Translations under genes and position numbers: made by a program
From: a virus
DNA: 64,000 bases
Virus record (IMG/VR): IMGVR_UViG_3300032286_000510
Coordinates: 14,932 to 78,931 of that record
Direction: 5' to 3' (one strand)
In this document: one piece after another, positions 1 through 7,273 of the stretch
How positions within the stretch are numbered: the first letter of the stretch is position 1
How the letters are laid out: each line of letters begins with the position of its first letter
The notes under the pieces: generated by a model
The model's database searches: none
The model's input: only the letters and a program-made list of their open reading frames with translations
Told to the model about the DNA's origin: nothing

Positions 1-244
1 TGTTGTATATTGGGAACAACTTAAAGAACTAATGGACATTTGCGAGAAACTTAGTTTGTCTAAGGATGTTGAACAAGCAAAGGTACTTCTTCCCCCTCAA
101 AGTGGTTTTTTCTTTGGAAGTACTGATATTGATGAATGGTATTTTTCTGATATTGAATATACCTACAATCTTCTGAAAAAGATTCTTGAAAAAATTCCAA
201 AAGAAGATTGTAAGTATGATTTCAGTTATAGGGCATCCTGGTAG
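1..244 (+). CDS. Conserved phage hypothetical protein (probably 5'-truncated by window edge)
   Basis: ORF with LLPPQSGFFFGSTDIDEWY...YRASW motif common in phage early proteins; frame open toward window start. Confidence 0.6.
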   Translation, partial: VVYWEQLKELMDICEKLSLSKDVEQAKVLLPPQSGFFFGSTDIDEWYFSDIEYTYNLLKKILEKIPKEDCKYDFSYRASW

Positions 245-300
245 GACACCTGACGAACTGGCACAATAGATTCCCACAGGGGCACCAGATGCCTTATAAT
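244..300 (+). promoter_or_regulatory. Early promoter cassette (TGGCACA half-site + TATAAT)
   Basis: TGGCACA 259-265, TATAAT 295-300; near-identical upstream 20-mer at 704-725. Confidence 0.7.
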
Positions 301-320
301 ACTCTCATACACACAGAGGA

Positions 321-680
321 ATGATGACTGCTCTTTATTTTGAATCCGAAGACGGAACTCAATTTGATACTGCCATTTTTGATGGTTATCCTGTTGGAGA
401 CCGAATGCTCGAAGGTGTTCGTTTTATTGTGAAGATTGAGGATGGAAAACTTCACCCAACTATTCACACTGATGATGCCCAATACTTTTCTACTCTGAAT
501 GAAAAGTATTGGTTGAATAAAGTGACGGACTATGTTCAAGACTATGATGTTTTTAGTCATCCTCAAACAGGAGAAGATGTTTATCTTGTGACTGATGAAG
601 AATCTGAACCTGTTGTAGGTGTTGTTGGTAAAGCATACACTTGGGGAGAAGTTCTTCAAAAAGCATATACTTTTGAATAA
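321..680 (+). CDS. Hypothetical acidic protein
   Basis: ORF downstream of promoter, AGAGG RBS. Confidence 0.7.
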   Translation: MMTALYFESEDGTQFDTAIFDGYPVGDRMLEGVRFIVKIEDGKLHPTIHTDDAQYFSTLNEKYWLNKVTDYVQDYDVFSHPQTGEDVYLVTDEESEPVVGVVGKAYTWGEVLQKAYTFE

Positions 681-782
681 CTCATCACTATTTTGAATGA
701 AAAGGACACTTGACGAACTGGCACAAGACCCTTCCCACTTCTCCTCAATCCCCGCTATAATTACTAGGTAATCAACAAAATT

Positions 783-1277
783 ATGAAACCCTTTATTGCT
801 ATTGCTTCCGTTGCCGTTCTTGGTATTTCTCTTGTTGGGTGTGATTATACTCCCAGTTCTGATGAAACACAACGAGAACAACAGGAACGAATTCTACAAG
901 AAGGTACGGCACAAACTGGTATGCCTGCCATCAAGAACTTCCGTGAACGCAAACTTTTGAAGCAAATCATTGAGATGCGTGACCAAGATGGTCTTGTGAC
1001 TTATACTTATACTGTTCCCGAAACTACTGGTCGTCCAGTGTTCCTGTGTAACTCTATTGGTTATGGTTTGCCTGCTGCGACACAATATACAAGTCCTGAG
1101 AAGGTTGATTATGGTACTAATGGAAATGTATCTATTCCTCAGGCAGACCCAAATGGTTTGTTCTCTCCCAGTAGTGCCGAAGGTACTTGGGTGATGTGTA
1201 CTGACCCCAGTGGTAGTGGAAAGACCCGACCTGTGTATGTTGAACCTCGTGTAATTGTATCTCCCTTCAAACTCTGA
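783..1277 (+). CDS. Putative lipoprotein, conserved phage family
   Basis: Signal peptide with LVGC lipobox; PQADPNGLF motif. Confidence 0.7.
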   Translation: MKPFIAIASVAVLGISLVGCDYTPSSDETQREQQERILQEGTAQTGMPAIKNFRERKLLKQIIEMRDQDGLVTYTYTVPETTGRPVFLCNSIGYGLPAATQYTSPEKVDYGTNGNVSIPQADPNGLFSPSSAEGTWVMCTDPSGSGKTRPVYVEPRVIVSPFKL

Positions 1278-1279
1278 TT

Positions 1280-1492
1280 ATGGCACTTTCAAATAAAACA
1301 ATTCAATCACTTGCTGAGGTTCTCGCACCCGAAGTGATTGATTATATTCACGAAGATGAACGTTATGCTGAGTTTATGATGGAGATTCTTCCTGACGCAA
1401 TTCAAGATAAACTTGGTACAATTAGTGAAGAACTAATGAATGACCTACCATTCTGTATAATGGATCGTATTTGTTTTCATAAGGTATCATAG
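1280..1492 (+). CDS. Hypothetical protein
   Basis: ORF in operon, tight spacing. Confidence 0.65.
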   Translation: MALSNKTIQSLAEVLAPEVIDYIHEDERYAEFMMEILPDAIQDKLGTISEELMNDLPFCIMDRICFHKVS

Positions 1493-1494
1493 TG

Positions 1495-1836
1495 ATGAAT
1501 CCTCAAATCAAAGAAAAATGGGTTGATGCCCTTCGGTCTGGTGGTTACCAACAAACTCAACGTCGTCTTCACGACGAAAATGGGTTCTGTTGCCTAGGAG
1601 TTCTTTGTGATCTTTATGGGAAAGAGAACAATGTAGAATGGGAACCTTCAACTCATTATAAAAATGCTTATGTGTTCCAAGATATGGCGATAATTCTTCC
1701 TCGATCTGTGATGGAATGGGTAGGTGTTGAAGAGGTTAATCCATATGTTAATGGTGGACCGTTTACTCTTGCAGAACTTAATGATAAGGGATCTACCTTC
1801 AATGAAATCGCAGATGTAATTGAAAACCACTTTTAG
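1495..1836 (+). CDS. Hypothetical protein, tandem paralog 1 (WV.ALRSG.YQQ / FCCLGVLCDL family)
   Basis: Near-identical N-half to 1845..2189. Confidence 0.75.
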   Translation: MNPQIKEKWVDALRSGGYQQTQRRLHDENGFCCLGVLCDLYGKENNVEWEPSTHYKNAYVFQDMAIILPRSVMEWVGVEEVNPYVNGGPFTLAELNDKGSTFNEIADVIENHF

Positions 1837-1844
1837 AAATCCTT

Positions 1845-2189
1845 ATGAATCCTCAAATCAAACAAAAATGGGTTAGTGCCCTTCGGTCTGGTGATTACCA
1901 ACAAACTCAACAAGTTCTTCACAACAAAAATGGGTTCTGTTGTCTAGGTGTTCTTTGTGATCTTTATATAAAAGAGAATCAGTTAGAATGGGAACCTAAT
2001 CACTTGAATAATGGTAATTATTATAATTTTCAGGATGAAAATGTATATCTTCCCCATTCTGTGGTAGAATGGTCTGGTATTGGAGATGATGATCCAACTA
2101 TTAATGACGGAGAATCAACTCTTGTGGAACTTAATGATGGTGGAAGCACCTTTATTGAAATAGCAGATGTAATTGAAAAACAGTTGTAG
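1845..2189 (+). CDS. Hypothetical protein, tandem paralog 2
   Basis: Paralog of 1495..1836. Confidence 0.75.
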   Translation: MNPQIKQKWVSALRSGDYQQTQQVLHNKNGFCCLGVLCDLYIKENQLEWEPNHLNNGNYYNFQDENVYLPHSVVEWSGIGDDDPTINDGESTLVELNDGGSTFIEIADVIEKQL

Positions 2190-2192
2190 AAC

Positions 2193-2234
2193 TGGCACAA
2201 GGCACTTGACATCCCACCAAAACTCTGGTATGAT
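2193..2234 (+). promoter_or_regulatory. Sigma70-type promoter driving CAGCAA RNA units 1-2 and the DUF2828 gene
   Basis: TGGCACA 2193-2199; TTGACA 2206-2211, 17 bp, TATGAT 2229-2234. Confidence 0.85.
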
Positions 2235-2251
2235 ACATAGGTAATCAACAA

Positions 2252-2310
2252 AAGATCAGTCAGCAACACAAGACACTTTTCATGTAAGAAAACTCGTAAA
2301 AACTGATCTT
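2252..2310 (+). ncRNA. Stem-CAGCAA structured RNA unit 1 (Y-RNA-like candidate)
   Basis: AAGATCAGT (2252-2260) pairs ACTGATCTT (2302-2310); CAGCAA 2261-2266; inner hairpin TTTTC-ATGTAA-GAAAA. Confidence 0.65.
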
Positions 2311-2316
2311 GTAATA

Positions 2317-2370
2317 AAGTTAATTCAGCAACACAACTTGAACTTCTAAACTCAAACAAAACATTAACTT
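2317..2370 (+). ncRNA. Stem-CAGCAA structured RNA unit 2
   Basis: AAGTTAAT (2317-2324) pairs ATTAACTT (2363-2370); CAGCAA 2326-2331; abuts GGAG RBS of next gene. Confidence 0.65.
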
Positions 2371-2380
2371 GGAGAAAATT

Positions 2381-3850
2381 ATGACTTTCCTGACCGCACT
2401 TGAAACTGAACTGAACACCACTGAAACTCTCAATGGTGCCAAAGCATACAAATCCACTCTCAACAAATGTGTAGATCTTTTTGGTAAAATTGGTGCTTGC
2501 CGTAATGACATTCCACAAGCAAAAAAACTATTTGCTTACGCATTCAAAGAAGATCCAGAGACTGCTACTCGTATCCTATTTTGGGTAAGAGACATTAGGG
2601 GTGGTGGACAAGGAGAACGTGAAATCTTCCGTAATCTCTTCAAAGACCTTGTGAATGGAAATAGTGAAATTGCCACTAAACTTGTGGAACTCATTCCTGT
2701 TTATGGTCGTTGGGATGACCTTCTGATTCTTGAAGGCACTTCCGTCTGGGATAATGTCGTGAATGTTATCGTCAATCAACTTCGCAAAGATGATGTTGCT
2801 CTGACCGCAGGGGAGAATGTTTCTCTGCTTGGTAAGTGGATGCCTTCTATCAATGCTTCTAGTGCTGATAGCAAACGTCTTGGTCGTGTGTTCGCAAAAC
2901 GTCTTGAACTGAACGAACGTCAGTATCGTAAGTTCCTGACTGCTCTTCGTTCTCAAATTAAAATTGTGGAACAGAAGATGTGTTCCAAAGAATGGTCTGA
3001 GATTGACTACGAACATCTTCCTTCTCGTGCTGGATTTATGTATCGTAAGGCATTCGCAAAGCAGGATGCTACTCGTTACGCAGAATATCTGAGTGCCGTG
3101 GAGAAAGGTGATAAGAAAATCAATGCCGGAACCATCTATCCTTATGAGATTGTAGAAAAATATCTCTATAAAGGTGGCAGTCAAGATAAGACTATTGACC
3201 TGATGTGGGAGGCACTGCCTAACTATATGGAAGGTCAAGAACTCAATGGTCTTGTGGTTGCCGATGTTTCTGGTAGTATGATGGGAACTCCAATGGCAGT
3301 TTCTATCTCTCTTGCGATGTATATTGCCGAACGCAATACTGGTATTTGGAAAAATAAGTTCATCACTTTCACCGAATGTCCTGAACTTCAATCCATCGTC
3401 GGTAATACTATCGGTGATCGTATTCGCAATCTTGCCAATTCTTCTTGGGGATACAATACTGACCTCAAAGCAGTATTTGAAAGTGTTCTGAATGCCGGAA
3501 TCAAGAATAATGTTCCTGACGCAGAAATGCCTAAGAAACTTATCATTGTTTCTGATATGCAGTTTGACCAAGCATGTGCTTCTAACAAACGCACCAACTT
3601 TGAGCAAATTCAGAAGATGTATCGTAAAGCAGGATATGAGATGCCTGAACTGGTTTTCTGGAATGTGAATGCGATTGGGGGCAATGTTCCTATGACCATT
3701 CACGATACTGGTACTTGTCTGGTGTCTGGTTGTTCTCCTTCCATCCTGAAAAGTGTTCTGAGTGGTAAAACTATCACTCCTGTGGATGTAATGAAGGATG
3801 CGGTGTATGCCGAACGTTATGATAAAATTGGGGAAGTGTTCGGTTCCTAA
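2381..3850 (+). CDS. DUF2828-family protein (TROVE/Ro60-like helical domain + C-terminal vWA domain)
   Basis: RDIRGGGQGER, YGRWDDL, KWMPS, VADVSGSM (MIDAS DxSxS), SDMQFD, FWNV motifs; start placed at ATG 2381 behind GGAG. Confidence 0.85.
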   Translation: MTFLTALETELNTTETLNGAKAYKSTLNKCVDLFGKIGACRNDIPQAKKLFAYAFKEDPETATRILFWVRDIRGGGQGEREIFRNLFKDLVNGNSEIATKLVELIPVYGRWDDLLILEGTSVWDNVVNVIVNQLRKDDVALTAGENVSLLGKWMPSINASSADSKRLGRVFAKRLELNERQYRKFLTALRSQIKIVEQKMCSKEWSEIDYEHLPSRAGFMYRKAFAKQDATRYAEYLSAVEKGDKKINAGTIYPYEIVEKYLYKGGSQDKTIDLMWEALPNYMEGQELNGLVVADVSGSMMGTPMAVSISLAMYIAERNTGIWKNKFITFTECPELQSIVGNTIGDRIRNLANSSWGYNTDLKAVFESVLNAGIKNNVPDAEMPKKLIIVSDMQFDQACASNKRTNFEQIQKMYRKAGYEMPELVFWNVNAIGGNVPMTIHDTGTCLVSGCSPSILKSVLSGKTITPVDVMKDAVYAERYDKIGEVFGS

Positions 3851-3852
3851 AC

Positions 3853-3896
3853 TGGCACAAGGGGGGTTGACAGAAACCCCCAACCTATGATATAAT
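3853..3896 (+). promoter_or_regulatory. Sigma70-type promoter driving RNA units 3-4
   Basis: TGGCACA 3853-3859; TTGACA 3867-3872; TG-a-TATAAT 3891-3896. Confidence 0.8.
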
Positions 3897-3904
3897 ACAT
3901 ACAA

Positions 3905-3951
3905 TAGATGGTTCAGCAATTTACCCATTTTATAGGAAAAACAACCATCTA
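3905..3951 (+). ncRNA. Stem-CAGCAA structured RNA unit 3
   Basis: TAGATGGTT (3905-3913) pairs AACCATCTA (3943-3951); CAGCAA 3914-3919; begins near +1 of promoter. Confidence 0.65.
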
Positions 3952-3958
3952 GCAAACA

Positions 3959-4026
3959 AAGGTCTCTCAGCATTTCAATTTTCTCCTAACTCAAATCTGG
4001 GATTTGAAAAACCTCAGTGAGACCTT
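3959..4026 (+). ncRNA. Stem-CAGCAT structured RNA unit 4
   Basis: AAGGTCTC (3959-3966) pairs GAGACCTT (4019-4026); CAGCAT 3968-3973; inner hairpin TCAAATC-TGG-GATTTGA. Confidence 0.6.
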
Positions 4027-4053
4027 GAAAAAACTTTCAATCCGTGATATAAT
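4025..4053 (+). promoter_or_regulatory. Sigma70-type promoter driving RNA unit 5 and tRNA-like gene
   Basis: TTGAAA 4025-4030, 17 bp, TG-a-TATAAT 4048-4053. Confidence 0.75.
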
Positions 4054-4057
4054 TTTA

Positions 4058-4105
4058 TAGATGATTCAGCAATTAACTGCTTGGTTATGCAAACAAAATC
4101 ATCTA
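4058..4105 (+). ncRNA. Stem-CAGCAA structured RNA unit 5
   Basis: TAGATGATT (4058-4066) pairs AATCATCTA (4097-4105); CAGCAA 4067-4072; compensatory G-C to A-T change relative to unit 3. Confidence 0.65.
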
Positions 4106-4111
4106 GTTCAA

Positions 4112-4224
4112 AGGAAGGTAGCTCAGCTGGATAGAGCAACGTAAAATATATCTTGTCAAGATATTCACAGCAATTAAACCGCATTGTAAGCCGTTTGTCG
4201 CAGGTTCAAGTCCTGCCCTTCCTA
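4112..4224 (+). tRNA. tRNA-Thr(UGU)-like RNA with 39-nt insertion in anticodon stem (tRNA mimic or intron-containing tRNA)
   Basis: Acceptor AGGAAGG/CCTTCCT, D-arm GCTC-AGCTGGATA-GAGC, T-arm GCAGG-TTCAAGT-CCTGC; deleting 4142-4180 gives ACGGC-ATTGTAA-GCCGT. Confidence 0.75.
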
Positions 4225-4315
4225 TATCAAAACCAGTTCTCAAACTGGCACACTGAGACCCCCGCAAAGGGGTCTTTTGCTGTATAATACAAACACATTC
4301 AAGGAGGAACCTCAC

Positions 4316-4711
4316 ATTTCTACTCGTTCTCGCATTGGTCTTCAACTTTCTGATGGTTCTGTTCTATCAGTATATCACCATTGGAATGGATATCCTGAAT
4401 GGTTGGGACGTATTTTGAATACTCACTACAACGCAAAATCTCTTGCCGAAGAACTGATTGATGGTGGTGATATGAGCATCTGTTGGACTGATGAACGATG
4501 GGATGATAGTGGTGTGGAAGGTGTTTATGGTCCCAATTATTATGCCCTCCGTGGTGATGATTGTCCTCCTCGTCTTGATGCTAATTTGATTGAGTATCTC
4601 GGTGATAATGAGGAATATGCTTACCTCTTTACTAATGGTGAATGGGTATGCTATGAACTTGGTGAAACCCCTGAAATTGTTGAAATTCCAAATGGAGCAT
4701 TGATGGTATGA
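4316..4711 (+). CDS. Conserved phage hypothetical protein (STRSRIG...YHHW.GYP family), apparent ATT start
   Basis: AAGGAGG 4301-4307 followed by in-frame ATT 4316; promoter TATAAT 4283. Confidence 0.7.
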   Translation: MSTRSRIGLQLSDGSVLSVYHHWNGYPEWLGRILNTHYNAKSLAEELIDGGDMSICWTDERWDDSGVEGVYGPNYYALRGDDCPPRLDANLIEYLGDNEEYAYLFTNGEWVCYELGETPEIVEIPNGALMV

Positions 4712-4911
4712 TTAAAGAAAAACGTAAGATTATTTCAGTTGAACCCATTACTTCAATCGCACAAACTAGATTTAAAGAAGAAATGGATTTACTGACTTCC
4801 TGTTATGTGGAAGATGAAAATGAAACACAAGTATTTCTTTGTTCTGTGAATAAGAAATACAAGTTCATTATGAATAAAAACGAAGACAAGAACTGGAGAA
4901 TCGTAAAGTGA
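4708..4911 (+). CDS. Cyanophage-type hypothetical protein
   Basis: ATGA overlap with upstream gene. Confidence 0.65.
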   Translation: MIKEKRKIISVEPITSIAQTRFKEEMDLLTSCYVEDENETQVFLCSVNKKYKFIMNKNEDKNWRIVK

Positions 4912-4969
4912 TGTGCCAGTTGTAGAGGTGGCACACTAAACGAGCACAGACCCCAAAATGCCCTATAAT
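4912..4969 (+). promoter_or_regulatory. Palindromic early promoter cassette
   Basis: TGTGCCA-N10-TGGCACA 4912-4935, 28 bp, TATAAT 4964. Confidence 0.8.
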
Positions 4970-4991
4970 AAGGAGACACAAGCAGAGGAAA

Positions 4992-5291
4992 ATGTCTAGC
5001 ATTGATATTCACGCAACCATCACAAAACCAATTGATGAATTAGAGAATGACATTTTCTTCTCTTTGGATAAAGAACAACTAAAAGATTTCATTTGTTCTT
5101 TGGAAGAGAAAGTTGGTTCTGTTGATTTCACACTACAACTTACCAAAAGACTTGTAGGTGGATTGATTGATTTCTACAAATGTTATATCGCAGATACGGA
5201 TTGTGATAAAGGACTTACTTATCATAATGAGTATGTATGGCAATATAAAAAATTAGATGCTATTCTAAACATTCTTAATGACATCCGATGA
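4992..5291 (+). CDS. Hypothetical protein
   Basis: ORF after promoter with GAGG RBS. Confidence 0.65.
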   Translation: MSSIDIHATITKPIDELENDIFFSLDKEQLKDFICSLEEKVGSVDFTLQLTKRLVGGLIDFYKCYIADTDCDKGLTYHNEYVWQYKKLDAILNILNDIR

Positions 5292-5551
5292 CCACTTCAA
5301 ATCTTTCTAAAATCAAGACAAAACTTCGCACCGAAGGTCGTGTATCTGGTAACTTTGGCAAAAACAAAGTAAAGGCAGGAAGTCCTATTACAGGAATTGG
5401 TGTTACAAACGCAAAGGTAGTCAATATCACAACTACTAATGATTATCTAACCAAAATGTATTATGTGTTAGATAATGCGACTGATTCTAAAATGAAACAG
5501 TTTGCTTATAATGAAATCAAAAAAATTCTTGTTCAACGAGGTGAATGGTAA
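5288..5551 (+). CDS. Hypothetical protein
   Basis: Coupled ORF. Confidence 0.65.
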   Translation: MTTSNLSKIKTKLRTEGRVSGNFGKNKVKAGSPITGIGVTNAKVVNITTTNDYLTKMYYVLDNATDSKMKQFAYNEIKKILVQRGEW

Positions 5552-5817
5552 TGGAACTTTCTACACAAAAACTGGAACGGATTTACAAAGAGTTGAAGGA
5601 GATTGTGAAGTTTGAAAACTCACTTCATATGATGGATATGACCCTCAATCAAACTGATGTGAATACTCTTGAAGAAGTGATTTCTATGATTGAAGACATC
5701 GTGAATTATGACCCAACACCTTATTATCTTTATGATAATTCTGGTGGGGAACCTCTTATGACTGCGAATGAAAGACTTTCTGCTGCTTGGCAAGAACACC
5801 TAAATCTTCATTCTTGA
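5551..5817 (+). CDS. Hypothetical protein
   Basis: Coupled ORF (TAATG). Confidence 0.6.
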   Translation: MELSTQKLERIYKELKEIVKFENSLHMMDMTLNQTDVNTLEEVISMIEDIVNYDPTPYYLYDNSGGEPLMTANERLSAAWQEHLNLHS

Positions 5818-5844
5818 TAAATACATAAAAAAGTATTTGTAAAG

Positions 5845-6489
5845 ATGAACTCACAAGACCTTCACAATCTTCAAGAAGCTTATATGGATGTTTATGGGGA
5901 AGAAACAAATTCAATGCGTCTTCCTGGAGAAACACGCAGACAATATAAAAAACATCAAGAAAGAAATCAACAATTACTAGATGATAAGGACAGTAGAAAA
6001 AAAGACAGAGCAAGAAATAAAAATCCATTATTTATTGGTAAAGATGGTAAAATAACTAAAACTCAAAGAGAAGAAACAGACCTTTACGACATCATTCTTT
6101 CACACTTACTTGATGAAGGTTATGCTGAAACACAAGAACAAGCAGAAGTCATTATGGTGAATATGAGTGAAGATTGGAGGGAAAGTATTGTGGATGTTTA
6201 TGGACTTGATGAAGAAATAACTCCAGAAAAAAGAGAACGATTTAAAAAAATTCTTTCGGTTAGACAATCAAATCAAGAAACTTACTTTGGTAAAAAAAGA
6301 CCAAGAAAAAGAGCAACCCCACCACAACCAGGAGCAGACTATTATAGACAAGGAATGACGCCAGATGATCGTTATAATAGAAGAGATCTTGCGAGAGAAG
6401 AAAATCCAGAAATACCAGAAGGTGAAGGCACAATAACCAAAAATCCAAAGAAACTTCGTAAACAAAAAGCAATGGGTGAGCACGGATGA
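5845..6489 (+). CDS. Late-expressed cyanophage protein (LQEAY..VY / DLYDIILSHLLDEGYA family), possible internal head protein
   Basis: ATAAATA late promoter-like 5817-5823; charged low-complexity protein. Confidence 0.65.
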   Translation: MNSQDLHNLQEAYMDVYGEETNSMRLPGETRRQYKKHQERNQQLLDDKDSRKKDRARNKNPLFIGKDGKITKTQREETDLYDIILSHLLDEGYAETQEQAEVIMVNMSEDWRESIVDVYGLDEEITPEKRERFKKILSVRQSNQETYFGKKRPRKRATPPQPGADYYRQGMTPDDRYNRRDLAREENPEIPEGEGTITKNPKKLRKQKAMGEHG

Positions 6490-6590
6490 GACCACTTCCC
6501 AAACTGGCACACTAAACCGGCACAGACCCCAAAACGTGGTATATTAAGGGAGTGGTCAAAGCAGACCACTCTTTTTTATTTCTAACTAAA

Positions 6591-6845
6591 ATGGAACAAA
6601 CTTTTGGATTTCCTCCTGTTGATGGTTTTTACAACTCCCTGAGGAAACTTGATTATGTAAAACTTGGTGAAGATTTTATCTTCATTCTTGCTACAATTTG
6701 TGCGGTTGTGGTTGGTGTTGTATCTTATGCCTACACCGCATTTCAGTTGTATTGGAATGATAATGGTGAAAGTATTGTAAATAGTATTACGACAAACACT
6801 AATCGTGTTGTTGATTTTTTCTTTTACAATTCAACCGACCAGTGA
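6591..6845 (+). CDS. Small membrane protein
   Basis: One hydrophobic segment; follows promoter cassette at 6490-6546. Confidence 0.6.
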   Translation: MEQTFGFPPVDGFYNSLRKLDYVKLGEDFIFILATICAVVVGVVSYAYTAFQLYWNDNGESIVNSITTNTNRVVDFFFYNSTDQ

Positions 6846-7054
6846 TTGCCTTGGGACAGTTCAGCAACCGTCCCTTCACACTTGATTCCGCACTCAAAAG
6901 GTGCTATACTAACAGAGTTCACAAACAAGCAAATGCCTCAAACACTAGATTTCACCGGAAACTGGATTACATTCCTAGGTTTTATCGGTATAGCATCAAC
7001 TGCTCTCATCGTCTTCACTTCTTTTCGTCGTTTTCATAATTCTCCTCTACGCAA

Positions 7055-7273
7055 ATGATTTACGACAAAAGTCTTTCTGAATACGAAAAAGACCTGAAAG
7101 AATCAAAAAAGAAGTATGAAAAACTTCTCAAACAAATGAAGAAAGCAAGGTCGGAGCATCAGTATTACAATCTTTATGATGAAGCAGAACTTCTTTATGA
7201 AGATATTGCCGACCTTCAACTACGAATTGCTGACCTCCGTAAGCAAAAGAAACTACAATCCAACTTGTTCTAA
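7055..7273 (+). CDS. Coiled-coil hypothetical protein
   Basis: Coupled ORF; 3' end overlaps convergent endonuclease. Confidence 0.6.
   Translation: MIYDKSLSEYEKDLKESKKKYEKLLKQMKKARSEHQYYNLYDEAELLYEDIADLQLRIADLRKQKKLQSNLF

Noticed and set aside
2576-3973. 465-aa minus-strand ORF
   Set aside because: Antisense shadow of the DUF2828 gene; no RBS, promoter or recognisable motif.
4142-4180. Group I or archaeal BHB tRNA intron
   Set aside because: Only 39 nt, non-canonical position, and no bulge-helix-bulge evident.
6853-6873. TTCAGCAA as a further CAGCAA RNA unit
   Set aside because: It lies inside a GGAC..GTCC variant of the promoter palindrome and lacks the long closing stem.
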